From positions 60,698,001 through 60,762,000 of the forward strand of contig CM075982.1 in the NCBI GenBank assembly GCA_038087875.1: 64,000 nt of DNA. Direction: 5' to 3'. A program made the translations under genes and the position numbers. Shown here piece after piece: positions 37,035 through 49,020 of this stretch (within the stretch, counting starts at the first letter, position 1; each line of letters opens with the position of its first letter). The notes beneath the pieces were generated by a model, which had not been told where the DNA came from, made no database searches, and saw nothing but the letters and a program-made list of their open reading frames with translations. Origin of the DNA: Malacoraja senta. Its lineage: Eukaryota.

Positions 37035-37535
37035 AATTGTGTTCTTTAGTTTGCTTTCTGTTAAAGGAGTCTTTACATCACTTAAGTTCCTCCAGCTAGG
37101 AAAGCAAACAAGTAAGTCAAGGTTTTCTGGAGCTCTTTAACACCCTGCCACAGAGGTACACTTATTGTTGGGCAAGATGCAATTTCTGCCCTGTCCCATA
37201 AGTAAGGTTTGTCAGGTTTTCTGTGTCATTGAGAAGATTGTTACATAATGATTAGCCTCTAATCCACTTGAATAATACAAACAAATTATCTGTGTCCTCC
37301 TTAAATTGCCCACATATAGATTGGATTACCATATCCCTGTATGAGATTAATGCATGGCTTAATCTCTTGAATAAAGTGCAGGATCAGTGTGGCATCCAGT
37401 ACAGACGGTGCAGTACAGGTGATTGAATGGTGCAGTAAATGCACAATATTACCCAACTTGGCCTATTATGCTTGCATTGCATTGCCTTGATCATTTGACA
37501 CAAATGCAGCTGAAAGCATGACCATTAATGCTATT

Positions 37536-37576
37536 AAGTGACTTTGAGTCCTGAAAAGCGCTATATAAATAAAATC

Positions 37577-37622
<46 letters not shown>
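37536..37622 (+). repeat. L2-type 3' tail stub with (TAT)n microsatellite
   Basis: gactttgagtcctgaaaagcgctatataaataaaatc followed by about 15 TAT units. Confidence 0.7.
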
Positions 37623-38559
37623 TCCACTTTCTGTTCTTCATTTTTGTTGTAAATTTCCAAAATAATTTGCGTGTGTGTGGGGAAAGGGAACACAAATTGG
37701 CTAAATTTGTTCCTTGGAAGGAACTGGAGAATTGCAACCTTCGGCAGTTGGTGGCTGGTTCATGGCATTGAAGTGATTAGTGACCGTAACAGTTACCAAT
37801 AAGCAAAGGAAATATTGGCATTGATGGCTTATGCTGTGGTTTCCCTTTCTCAGAATGTCCTGCAATCTCAGAAGTGTGCACAATTTATTTATAGCCGGAA
37901 CGGAGCACCAGTGGTGTACAAGATGTTCTAAATGCAGATTGGCTGCTGTATCAGGATTTTTGTATTTTTTTACACCCCTGTGTATTATCATAATTGACTT
38001 CTGTACATGATATTGTGTTAAAATGAGGTGCATTTGTTTAAAGCCCTGGAGTCCCTTTCTTCGATTTTACCAAGTTTCAGCTTCATTGTCTGGGTCACAT
38101 GACCTCTTCACCAGGCCTGTCCAAAGTTATAAAAGCTGAGTGACAGGGAATGGAGATTCAGTGACAGACCAAATATATGAAAGAAATCAGACTGCCAGTT
38201 GCCCATTAGAGTGGCTGCAGTACACGGCGGCCTCATCATGTTTGCTTTCAAACTACACTGAGCACCTAAATCGGCAGAGTGAATGCAGATGGAAGTGGAC
38301 AGTCGAGCTTCAAATGGCTGCAACAATGTCATCAAACTTTTTCATTCAACTGCAGGAAAGCTTATTATCACCATTGTGTTGTGTGTTTAACTGTTTCAGT
38401 GAAGCAATCCAGCGTTTGAGCTACGAGAGAAGACGATTCCTGAAATTGTAACACTGGTGGGAGGGTTTTACTGCTAAAAAACAAAACTTTGGTGGGAATA
38501 AAAGTACAAAGTGCAAGCGGATCTGGCAGGATCTTCAGAACAATAATAAACCCTGGACA

Positions 38560-39100
38560 TGTTAAGACCTTTTTGTAATATTGCAAAACATCCCAAGGTT
38601 CTTCACAGGAGTGTTGTTAAATACGATTTGCCACTAAGTTACATCGGGAGATATTCGGGCAGATAACTAAAAACCTGGTTAAAGAGAAATCTTCTAAGGA
38701 ACATTTTTATAAAAGAAGAGCGATGTAGACAGGATAGAAATTCAACAAAGCAGTGAAGTTTACAGATGGAATTGCCAAAGCTTAGGGTCTTGATCAGTGA
38801 AATCATTGCACATTGAATTCTGGGTTGATTAACAAACCAGATTACCCAAGTACATATATCAGGAAGGTGACAATGCTGGAAGAGTTTACTAAGGTAGAAT
38901 GAGGAAAAGAGTTCAAAGCAAATGTGAATAATTAAAATTAGGTAGCAATCACCCGGATCCATTGTGGATCGGTGTGTGCATATCAGTTGCAGATAAATGG
39001 GATTAGAGTTGGTTAAAACATGGGAAACTTGCATTGGTAAACATACTTGAAAAATGAAGACAGACTGAAAAATATGGAAAAGTTAAGTCTAGACATAGTG
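38560..39100 (-). mobile_element. Old L2 LINE 3' region
   Basis: aaaacatcccaaggttcttcacaggag...aaaaacctggttaaagag resembles the reverse complement of recalled elasmobranch L2 3' ends. Confidence 0.5.
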
Positions 39101-39349
39101 AAGCCTTCTCCAAACCTGAGTGCAATTTGGTTCAAATTTTTTTTCTTAGGATATTGCTGAGGGCATTGGGGTTAGGGTTATGGTTGTGATAAAAGGAAAG
39201 GGGCAAAGAATATTTTTTTATAACTATTGGAGGTAATCTTACGTGAGCGTGAAGAGAAACCACAGTTTTTAAAGCTTTTTGTTTCTCATTTGCAAGCATT
39301 GGCAAAATTGATGGTACAGTTTAAGTGAACTGTTGAGAATTACACTGAA

Positions 39350-39454
39350 GGACACAAAGTACTGGAGTAACTCAGCAGGTCAGGCAGCATCTCTGGGGAA
39401 CATGGATATATGACGTTTTGGATTAGGACCCTTATTCAGGCCGATTGTGTTGAT
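39350..39454 (-). mobile_element. Penelope terminal fragment with TSD
   Basis: Direct repeat ttacactgaa at 39340-39349 and 39455-39464. Confidence 0.7.
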
Positions 39455-42081
39455 TTACACTGAAATGGTTTGTGGGCCAAGGCACTACAGTTGCTCCGTG
39501 CTGCATTGGAGGTACCTTAGAAAGGATTGGAGAGCTTAGGGTCTCCCATGTAACAATATATTCAAATAGCGATCAGAAGTCTGGTTTATTGCTGTGTCGA
39601 CACTGACGACATCAGTTTCTTCTTGTCACCCCAGCAAAGGTGAATATGAGGTATTTCTCTTCACACATGAGCAGGTTTGTTCCCTGTATTGTGCTAGTGT
39701 CCTTGTTACTTTTTCAGTGCATATCCATGGTTTATTGTCGCAGAAGCAATGCATGAGGATTGCCATTTCACATGTGTATTTTAAGTCCACAAGAGCTTGT
39801 GATCAGAAGTTTCAATGTGTTCAGTAAGGTCATGATAGTATACAATGATTGATTTTGCAGCTCAATTTAATCCTGTAATGAAGAAAGAAATACAAGCAAT
39901 GCATTTTTATTTCTAGGTGAGAATTCTACCTTCGATTGTGACAAACAAGTCTAAATCATAATTAAATTGTTTATAAAATATTCTAAATAAACTAACAACT
40001 TAAAAAAGAAACACCTTCTAAGTGCAATTCATGTTTGCACTGGAGAGCTTTACACTGAGAGTCTGTTCCATTAGATGTTTGAAAATGCGCTTTGTCCGAG
40101 ACATTTGAAGAGTAAGGTTGCAAGGATGTCGCTTCCGTTTGATAATGTCTTGTGCTTGAATCTATTGCTCTAACTGGTCAGGACCGACGTGACGATTTAA
40201 AATTCTAATGTACTTATTATTGTCCTTAAACCTCTTTACTTGTCATAATCAATACAATTTTTAATCTGTGAGTTCTTCTATAAATACAATTGCAGTAAAC
40301 CACTGCAATTGAGCAAAAATCAAATAACTGATAACACTGAAAGGCGCCAAGCAGCAGATATACTCGAGTTTGGCAAGCTGCCAGGTTGAAACCCAATCAT
40401 TTCTTTCAGAGCTGGTCTAGTAATTCCCAAAATACCAGCCCTCGCAGTTGACAAAGGCTCCTGTGCTCTACCAGTTATAATATTATAGTTGTATCCTGTA
40501 TTTAGGAAGCGGTTGGTTTATATTATCTATACAAAGTAAAGGAGAATTTCACATCCACTATATTTGAGTTACTCTAGCTTTTTGTGTCTATCTTCGGTTT
40601 AAACCAATATCTGCCGTTCCTTCCTACACTGTTTTGATTGTTTGGCTGATTTCATTAATTTGGAATCAAGGTGTTTTAAAATTGCTTACTTCATTGCAAA
40701 GTCAGATTCAGCATGAGCTTTGTGCTCCAGGGTTTTCTTTATTAACCTTGTTGTAAAAATAAGTTATGAAGGAATTACCATTTGTTTGATCTGAACACCA
40801 TTTTGTTATTGCAACAGCCACATCTTTAGGTATTGCCCGACTGAAAATACAGCCTCTTAGTACTTTAATGTTACATCCAAATTCTTATTTTTCTCCCATA
40901 TTGGCTCCCTTTTATCATATTACTTTATATGGTGTTTCACATTGATTCATACTTCCTCATGCCAAACATGCTCAATGATTAACATCCATGTTTCAATATT
41001 TTTACAGTTTGTGTGTTGAGCACATAATTAATCAACTGTTAAATTTATCCTTATGTCGGATTCTCATTCTATAGTTACCCTGGTCAATAGTTACTGGTTC
41101 GGACATCCAATCCTCATCCCTTATATACTTGTGTAACCAGTCAATACAGCAACTAATGCAACTAATTGACTAACTGCTAGCCTCATTTTGGGCCACCTCA
41201 TTGTGACTAACTGTCCAGTCTGGCGTGTAACTCTGCACTTGTTGCTGTCTCCTACCATTAACAATCTCTTAACTCTTTGATTGTTTACTCAATATATTTG
41301 TATCGGATGCACAATGCGACTTTGTCTCATGTTCCTATGATGGTGGATCAGCACCAGAGCCTGAGCAACAATATGTGATGAGTGTTTAATTGAGGTGATG
41401 CAGAATTAATGAAAAGGGGCATTTTGTTTGATCCACAGTTTTAAGACAGTTTGGTGGTGATGCAGTATTCTCCCTTGTCTTTTATTTGTCCCAACTTTGG
41501 TTTGTCCTTTCTGCCACACACATAAACACAGTGGCCAAAGTAGCATTGTGCCTCCGTGCATAGACCCACAGACCCAAGTAGTCATTTTTGGGAGGCATCA
41601 TTCCATATTTGATGTTACCGATATCTCTTCATCATTAATCAGATGCTGTAGGTGCTCGTCATGCTTGTTGTTTATTAGCCCCATTCCAGAATCTTCAATC
41701 ACACAAATCATTACTTCCTAGCACTGTCTCTGAGGATGGCTTCTATTCTAACTGTACATTCCCATTAAAAAACTCCAATTAGCAAGAATGGTACCAATAC
41801 CACTGGAATGATGTCCTGATCATCATCCTATCCATACAGAATGCCACTCCCATTTAGCAAGGTCTATCTCAACTGATGTTCTCATTCCAAATGAACCATT
41901 AATGTAATTAAAGTTTATGGATATGGGAAACGCTAGTCTTATTGTCCATTATCTTGGCTTTTTAGTTAATAACCAATACAAACTCTGCATACACGCTGCA
42001 TTCGATGCCTCTTGAAGGATTATAGTTCCCATTAGCTTAATGTTTCATTAATTGCATCCTTCCAATCTCCGCCACCAACAT

Positions 42082-42183
42082 AGATAGACATTCTGAAGAA
42101 GGGTCCCGACCCGAAACATCACCCATTCCTACTATCCAGAGATGCTGCCTGCCCCGCTGAGTTACTCCAGCATTTTGTGTCTA
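42082..42183 (+). mobile_element. 102-bp Penelope-derived mini-insertion with 14-bp TSD
   Basis: TSD tccgc(c/t)accaacat (42068-42081, 42184-42197). Inverted stub agatagaca, then CTGAAGAagggtcccgacccGAAACATC and the tail. Confidence 0.8.
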
Positions 42184-42572
42184 TCCGCTACCAACATGGC
42201 AGTTGACTTTTCACCTTGTCATGTTCTAATGATGCCACAGGTTGTCTCCCCCTGGTTGATCATGTTTTGCCAACAATCCAATTCAATACCTCTGATAGTG
42301 TATTTCTACATGTTATCTAAATAAATACAGTTTCCTTCTGACATCTTGCCATGGATTCTGTTCCTACCCATTTCTGCCAAATCTTATGCTGTTACTTAGC
42401 TTCTCTGACACCTTTCTCTGCTCTTATTTTGTTTCTAATTTTACAACGGCATTTCTTTTTACAAATTTAACATGAATTAATTGTAAATAGCTCCCTTGCC
42501 ATTATTGTGTTGATCTATCCAAGCTCATTTTTATGGCCCCCTTGCACAAAGTCTGTTCAAGTCCATGTAAAT

Positions 42573-42892
42573 GACAGCATGGTGGCATAGCAGTAGAGTT
42601 ACTGCTTTGCAGCGTGTACCGTGCCAGAGATCCGGTTTCGATCCCGACTACGGGTGATGTCTGTACGGAATTTGTACATTCTCCCCATGACCGCGAAGGT
42701 TTTCATCAATTTCCTCCCACAATTTCCTCCCACACCCCAAAGATGTACAGGTTTGTAGGTTAGTTGGCTTGGCATAAATATAAATTGTCCGTAGTGTGTG
42801 TAGGGACATGTTAATTTGCGGGAATTGCTGGTCGACGGGGACTCGCTGGGCTGAAGAGCCTGTTTCCGCACTGTATCTCCAAAAAAACTAAA
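42573..42892 (+). mobile_element. V-SINE (HE1-like)
   Basis: Head, V-domain and tail as in the other copies. Confidence 0.85.
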
Positions 42893-43659
42893 GCCTGATT
42901 GTTGGAGATACCAACAATTGGAGCCCAGCCTCTAGGAGTTCCTCCTCTGCCAGTGTCTACATGTCCTACATAGAACACTTCAGTCGCTTGTATAGGAAGC
43001 AAGTCATCCACAACCACAAAACAATGCGTAAGAATCCATCCACTGTTGTCTCCAAAGTCGAGGCATCGATCACTTGTTGTATACAAGACCAATTAGAGTC
43101 ATACAGCACAAAAATGGATGTGCACCCATTCTTCTTTCAGCATCTGTAGCCTTTTTTAACTTAATTTTAATAGTTTGATATACATTGGATGTTGTTTCTT
43201 TATTTCTAATGTCTGTTTTCACATTTGTCTCTTCTCGTCTATCTCAGATCTTACTTAGACCTTATGGTTGGGATCCCAACAATACTTTCCTGATTTATTT
43301 TTTGATACCAATCAGTCACTGTTTAGATTGTTAAATGTGACAAGAATTATTTAGTTGGTCTGAATTATTTAGGTGGATTTCTTCTTCACTGGTCTTGTTG
43401 CTTCATGTGAAATGTTAAAGGCTGGTCCCTAAATTGCCGTAAGAAAAATAGCGTTCACCTCCACGAAGTCAGATCCCATGTTCTCATCCGTCTTTAAACT
43501 GCCATCTCATCCCAAACTTCCTCTTATGTTCTTTTGCCCTGCAAAGTCCACATTCTAATCTTTCCCAATTATTCTGTTTTAAAACCTTGCCGTCTGCAAT
43601 CGCCGTTTCCTTTCCAAAATCTTGAAGCAAAGTCTCAACTCTGTTTAGTTGATAGCGCA

Positions 43660-43901
43660 AAGATAGGCACGAAATGCTGGAGTAACTCAGCGGGTCAGGC
43701 AGCATCTCTGGAGAGAAGGAATGGGTGATGTTTCGGGTCGACACCCTTCTTCAGATCTTTTCTTCTTTAGACCTTTTCATTTCCAACTGCAGGCAGGACA
43801 TCAACCGCCTCAACTTTTCCACTCCCCTGACTTATTCTAGCCTCTCCCCCCCCCTGAACGTACAGCCCTCTGCTCACTCTGCAGTTACCCAACCCGGACT
43901 A
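43660..43901. mobile_element. Rearranged Penelope insertion (inverted terminus plus internal ORF fragment) with 14-bp TSD
   Basis: TSD tagttgatagc(g/a)ca (43646-43659, 43902-43915). 43660-43756 is a minus-strand terminus; 43770-43900 on the plus strand reads DLFISNCRQDINRLNFSTPLTYSSLSP. Confidence 0.72.
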
Positions 43902-44021
43902 TAGTTGATAGCACAGGCAGAAATCGGAGGACTGAGGTGCTGTAGTGATTTCCCAGGCTTATGAATGATTCATCTCAATTGGAATGTTTGAGAAAATAAT
44001 TTCTGTATGGCTTAATCTTAT

Positions 44022-44500
44022 ACAAACATACAGCACAGAAACTGGGCCTTTTGGCCTACTTCAGCCATGCCAACGGTGAAGGGTGTATACATTAATCCGG
44101 TTCAGTTCCACCCTTGAGTATACTCAGGTCATGGCCCATAGTGCAAAATAAACTTGGCAGTGAACAGGTTAATACCATTTGCCACACTAGTCCTGTATCC
44201 ATCCCTACCCTTCCTATACAAGTACCTGTCCAAATGCCTTTTGAACGTTGATATCATACATGCCTCCACCACCTCATCCGGCAGCAAGTTCCAGATATTC
44301 ACCAACCTCTGTGTGAGAAATTTACCCTCAGATCACCTTTAAATTTCTCCCCTCTCACCTTAAATCAATGCCCTTTACTTTCCGAGACCTTGTCCTGGAA
44401 AGAAAAGATTCTGACTATCTATCCTCTCTATGCTCCTTTTAATTTTATAAATGGTCACTGCTCAGCTTCCTACAGTCCAGTGAGAATAAACCCAAGCTTT
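44022..44500 (-). mobile_element. CR1 3' fragment
   Basis: Reverse complement of ...TQRLVNIWNLLPDEVVEA...FKRHLDRY and the tail. Confidence 0.7.
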
Positions 44501-44503
44501 TAA

Positions 44504-44830
44504 GGGTGGGACAGGGGCACAGATGATAGAGTTGCTGTCTCACTGCGGCAGAGACCCAGGTTCGATCCTGACTTCAGATGCTGTCTCTGTGGAGTTTACA
44601 TGTTCTCCCTGGGACAATGTGGGTTTCCTCCGGGTGCTCAAGTTTTGTCACACATCCCAAAGATGTTCGGGTTTGTAGGTAATTTGGCCTCTGTAAATTG
44701 CCCCTAGTATGTAGGAAGTGGATGAGAAAGTGGAAAACCTTAGAACTAGTGGGAATCGGTGATCAATGTTTGGCATGGACTTGGTGGGCCAAGGTGCCTG
44801 TTTCCATGCTGTATCTTTCCATCAATTTAA
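44504..44830 (+). mobile_element. V-SINE (HE1-like, older subfamily)
   Basis: tRNA head (ccaggttcgatcct), V-domain and CR1-like tail. Confidence 0.82.
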
Positions 44831-45214
44831 CAATATATCCAATATCTCCTTACAACTGTTTTCTGAACGTATAGCTAAACACTTATCTGGTTTTCCATTT
44901 TTGGTTTCTTTGGAATAGACCTTGTCTCCAGATCACCTTTGTTACATTCCTCTTTTTATGGAAAAGTGATGCAATGCAAACCCTGATATGAAACTGTTAA
45001 TTTATTGCTTTTAATGTATTTACATATCATTCCCTGTTTAATAAATGTATTTGGCCATTAACATTCAAGACTATTATTCCACCACCTTTTGAAGCCTCGG
45101 TGGATCATGTCACTATGAAACCAGTAAGTTGTGCGAAAATAATTTTGCTCCTTGAATACCCAACACACATAACAAAACATCAGAATGTAATGATGTAGGG
45201 AATGTGTATTCACC

Positions 45215-45715
45215 TTTAGTATTTAGGTTTAGGATTATCAGTGTCATATGTACCGAGATGTAGTGAAAAGCTTTGATTTACATACTTTCCAATCAGATCA
45301 GATAATACTATACATGCATACAAGCAACTCAAACTCAAGTCCAGCTGGGGAAGATACAGGGTGCAGAATATAGTTCTCACCAATGAAGCGCATTAGTACC
45401 ATAGACAAAGTCCAATGTCCTCAATGATGTCGAGGTGAATTGGGCAGCACCCTAGCTTAAAGAAGATTATTCAGCATCCTGATAACAGAGGGGACAAAGC
45501 TATAGTTTCTCAGTCTGGTGTTTCTCAGGCTGTTTCTCAGTCTTTCAAGCTTCTGTACCTTTTGCCGAACAGAAACAGAGAAGAAAGAAGGGACACGTTT
45601 AGGTGGAGTCAATGGTGGGAAGTCTGGTCCATGTGATGGACACTGGGCTACATTTCCAACTCTCTGCAATTTCTTGTGGTCTTGGGCAGAACAGTTCTCA
45701 AACCAAGTTGAGAAG
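45215..45715 (-). mobile_element. Rex1/Babar-type LINE 3' end
   Basis: Minus strand reads ...TRLRNYSFVPSVIRMLN, then UTR aaagcttttcactacatctcggtacatatgacac with a (taaacc)n tail. Confidence 0.6.
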
Positions 45716-45796
45716 CAAAATTTTGTAGAAATAAGGAAGATGAAAAGTAACTCCTAGATGTAACTAGTGCCCGGAATCTTAGTTCCCTTTCTTTTG

Positions 45797-46104
45797 TTCA
45801 GTTTATTTTAGTCTAGAGATACAACGCAGAAACAGGCCTCTCGGCCCACCGAGCCCGCGCCGCCCAGCAATCCCCGTACACTAGCACTATCCTACACACT
45901 AGGGACAATTTGCAGTTCTTACTGAAGCCAATTAACCAATAAACCTCGTACTTCTTTGGAATGTGGGAGAAAACCAGAGCTCATGGAGAAAACTCACACA
46001 GTCACAGGGAGTAAATACAAACCCCGTACGGACAGCACCCATAGTCATAATCAAACCCGGGTCTCCGGTGCTGTAAGGCAGCAACTCTACCACTGTACCA
46101 CGGT
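45797..46104 (-). mobile_element. V-SINE (HE1-like)
   Basis: Reverse complement of a full SINE. Confidence 0.88.
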
Positions 46105-46800
46105 GTGTAATGTTCTATATGGCAGACCTATCTGGTTATGAAGGCGTCAAGTGCCCTATTCAATTTTAACAAGATAAATTGAGAAATGCTTCGTAATGCA
46201 TTTAATGCTTTTAAACTCAAAATGTCTATTAATTACATACGTTTACAAAAAAACATAAGATATGTGTATTTTAAATAAAATTGCATATTTAGCTACAAAG
46301 ATGTAATAGACTATGGGTTGTAATGCTTGGATTTGTTCCAGGTTTCTATGTATTTGCACGTTGCACGATGAGCCCAACATGGTGGACATTCTACCTCATC
46401 TGTGACCGTCTTGTGAGCTCTTTCAGAGGCTTTTTGTCACCTAATCTAGCGCATGCAAGGTTACCAGTAATGTATGGTAATAAAATGCAGAGCCCAGAAA
46501 CTACTGTTCATGTTATTGGTAGACAGATGTTTAATATGCATATATATCATTTTGTACACCTTTTAACCCTGGTATTAAGTATTTAATAGAAGCAAGTTAA
46601 CATCAGTAGTTAAAAGACAGGAAAGAGGAATATGAGGTCACAGATTGTAATTTTCAGTGTGATCTGATGTGTAAAACTGTGTTGGAATACTAACTTCTCT
46701 GGTAAGGAAAAGGATTTGGCCGTGGATCCAGACTTCTGGCCACCCTTATTTTTAAGCCAGTCGGATGTACCAGCTCAGACTGATCAATCGCAAGCACATC

Positions 46801-47032
46801 GAGCACGGTGGTGCAGTGGTTGAGTTGCTGCCTTGAAGCGCTTACAGCGCCAGAGACCCGGGTTCGATCCCGACTACAGGTGCTGTCTGTTTGGAGTTTG
46901 TACGTTCTCCCCGTGACCGCATGGGTTTATTCCGGGGTCTTCGGTTTCCTACCATGGGATGGTGTTAATGTGCGGGGATCGCTGGTCGGTCCGGACTCAG
47001 TGGGCCGGAGCCTGTTTCTGCGCTGTATCTCT
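46801..47032 (+). mobile_element. V-SINE with internal deletion
   Basis: Head with cgggttcgatccc; V-domain joined directly to the tail. Confidence 0.82.
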
Positions 47033-47737
47033 CAGCTCTTTTACTCTGCCTCAAAAAATAGCATTAGTAAGTTGGTTTTTGCGAGCAGATCAGGCTGTTA
47101 AAACTAATGCGATCATCAGTTTAGAGGCATGTAATTATAAATTGCTATCACATGCATAGAACAAGAATGATACATCAGAGGTGATTGATGCCCTTCAAAA
47201 CTAGGGATAATCTCGCCACAAAGATAATACAAGTTTCCAAAAAGCATAAACATGCCCTGGATTTCATAATGCTAAAACTATGTTCTGAAAGAAGTAAAAT
47301 ACATAAATTCAAGAGAGCACACTTGCATGTCAGATCTGCAATGATTATATGGCTTGGCAAAACAATGTGCCTTAATGCAGGTTACATCTCTTACTGCATT
47401 CACAAGGTTATCTGTTTACAAGGAGTATGTACGTTGTAGCCTCTGTCAATTGAATCCTATGTTAAACGATGTGTTTGTAAGTTACTTTCTTCCAATGATC
47501 GCTTGTCAGTCTGTGGCTGTCCCTCTTGCACTTAAAAATGCCTTGTCCATTGTAGAACTTGCCCCATTTTCATTTCCATTGAAAGCAGACAGATTCAATA
47601 CTGAGTTGCCAATTGGCAAAGCGAGTTAAATGTGTGGAAGCATCTTGAAAATCAGCTGTTCATTCGGTGGTGCATCTCTTTAGTTTGTCAAGGAGAATAG
47701 ACTTTCCCCTCTCATACGGACTGTTCTGGGTGACTTA

Positions 47738-48264
47738 AGGGGCTGTCCCACTTGGGTAACCTAATTGGCGAGTTTAGAAGAGTTTAAAAAATGACATGTT
47801 GAAGACCTTCTTCGACTATGTAGAAGACCTCCTTCGACTATGTTGAAGACTAGCTTCGACTAGCTACAACTAACTTCTGGAAAATTGGACACCGAATAGT
47901 GGAGAGTGAAGACGACCTCCTTCGATCTCCTTTGACTATGTTGAAGACTAACTACGACTACCTTTGACTACCTTCGACTACCCTCGATTACCTACGACTA
48001 ACATGCCGACCTACTACGACTAAAACTACGAGTAAAAAAAGTATCGATTTTTTCCATGGCGAGCTTTAACTCACGGGCATTTTTTAACATATTGAAAAAA
48101 CCGGCGCGCCCTAGTTGAGGCCTCGAGTACGCGGAGACCACTCTCGAGCATGAAGGAGAGTTACGAAGACCTCCTACGACCTCGTGTCAACCATGCTGCG
48201 AGTATGAGTCGAGGGCAAAGTCGCCAGAACTCGCGGATTAGGTCGCCCACGTGGGACAGGCCCT
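47738..48264. mobile_element. PIF/Harbinger non-autonomous element (second subfamily)
   Basis: TIRs aggggctgtcccacttggg / cccacgtgggacaggccct. TTA TSD (47735-47737, 48265-48267). Internal (cttcgacta)-type repeats. Confidence 0.87.
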
Positions 48265-48287
48265 TTACGTTTTTTTCCTGGAGACTC

Positions 48288-49020
48288 GAGGAACTGAAGA
48301 TGCTGCTTTATAAAAAAGACACGAAAGACACAGGCAGTGTCTCTGGAGAACGCTGACGACATTTTAGATTGTGACCCTTCCTCAGGCTAATTGTAGTGGG
48401 GCTGATACATGTGGAGGGGGAGAGAGAGGGTTGATTGGCAGATGGATGGACAAAGGCCGAAGATGAAAAGACAAAAATTGTGAGATAAGGAGATAAGAAT
48501 ACAAGATGTGCAACTTGTGAAGCCAGTGAAAAAAATATAGGTGGATGGGGCTGGGGGGAAGTTGGAAGGGTGGCAATGGGTGCAAATCCAGGTGGGGCAC
48601 AGGGAAGCGGGAGGGGGGGGGAGGAACAGCACCTCATATTTCACTTGGATAGTTTGAGTACCTAACCTATAAATGAACTACTCTTTCTCCTCCCCTCCCC
48701 CCCCCCCCCCTCCTCCCTGTGCCCCATTGGGATATGCACCCATTGCTCCCCTCCTCCCATCACCTTCCACCTATATTCCTTCCTCTGGCATCACAACAGG
48801 TACCTCTTCTATCCTATCTCCTTATCACACACATTTTTTCTCATGCCTGGCTTTTGTCAATCAACCCCCTTCCCCCTCACCTGTATCCACCTATCACTTG
48901 CCAGGTTTTGTCCTGCCCCCACCTCTCTTTCAGCTCCACCCCTCACTGCAATCAGTCTGAAGAAAGGTCCCGACCCAAAATGTCAGGCCTGAACCATTGA
49001 GTTACTCCCGCACTTTGTGT
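48288..49020. mobile_element. Inverted pair of Penelope 3' ends
   Basis: Minus copy 48288-48621 abuts plus copy 48622-49020, which starts with gaacagcacctcatattt (EQHLIF, GIY-YIG C-terminus) and continues with the UTR and ctgaagaaaggtcccgacccaaaatgtc. Confidence 0.72.

Noticed and set aside
37466-37771. Poly-Ile and poly-Tyr ORFs
   Set aside because: Translations of the (TAT)n microsatellite
47800-48030. Short repeats with variable spacing, superficially CRISPR-like
   Set aside because: Degenerate cttcgacta units without unique spacers, inside a TIR/TSD-bounded MITE in a vertebrate genome
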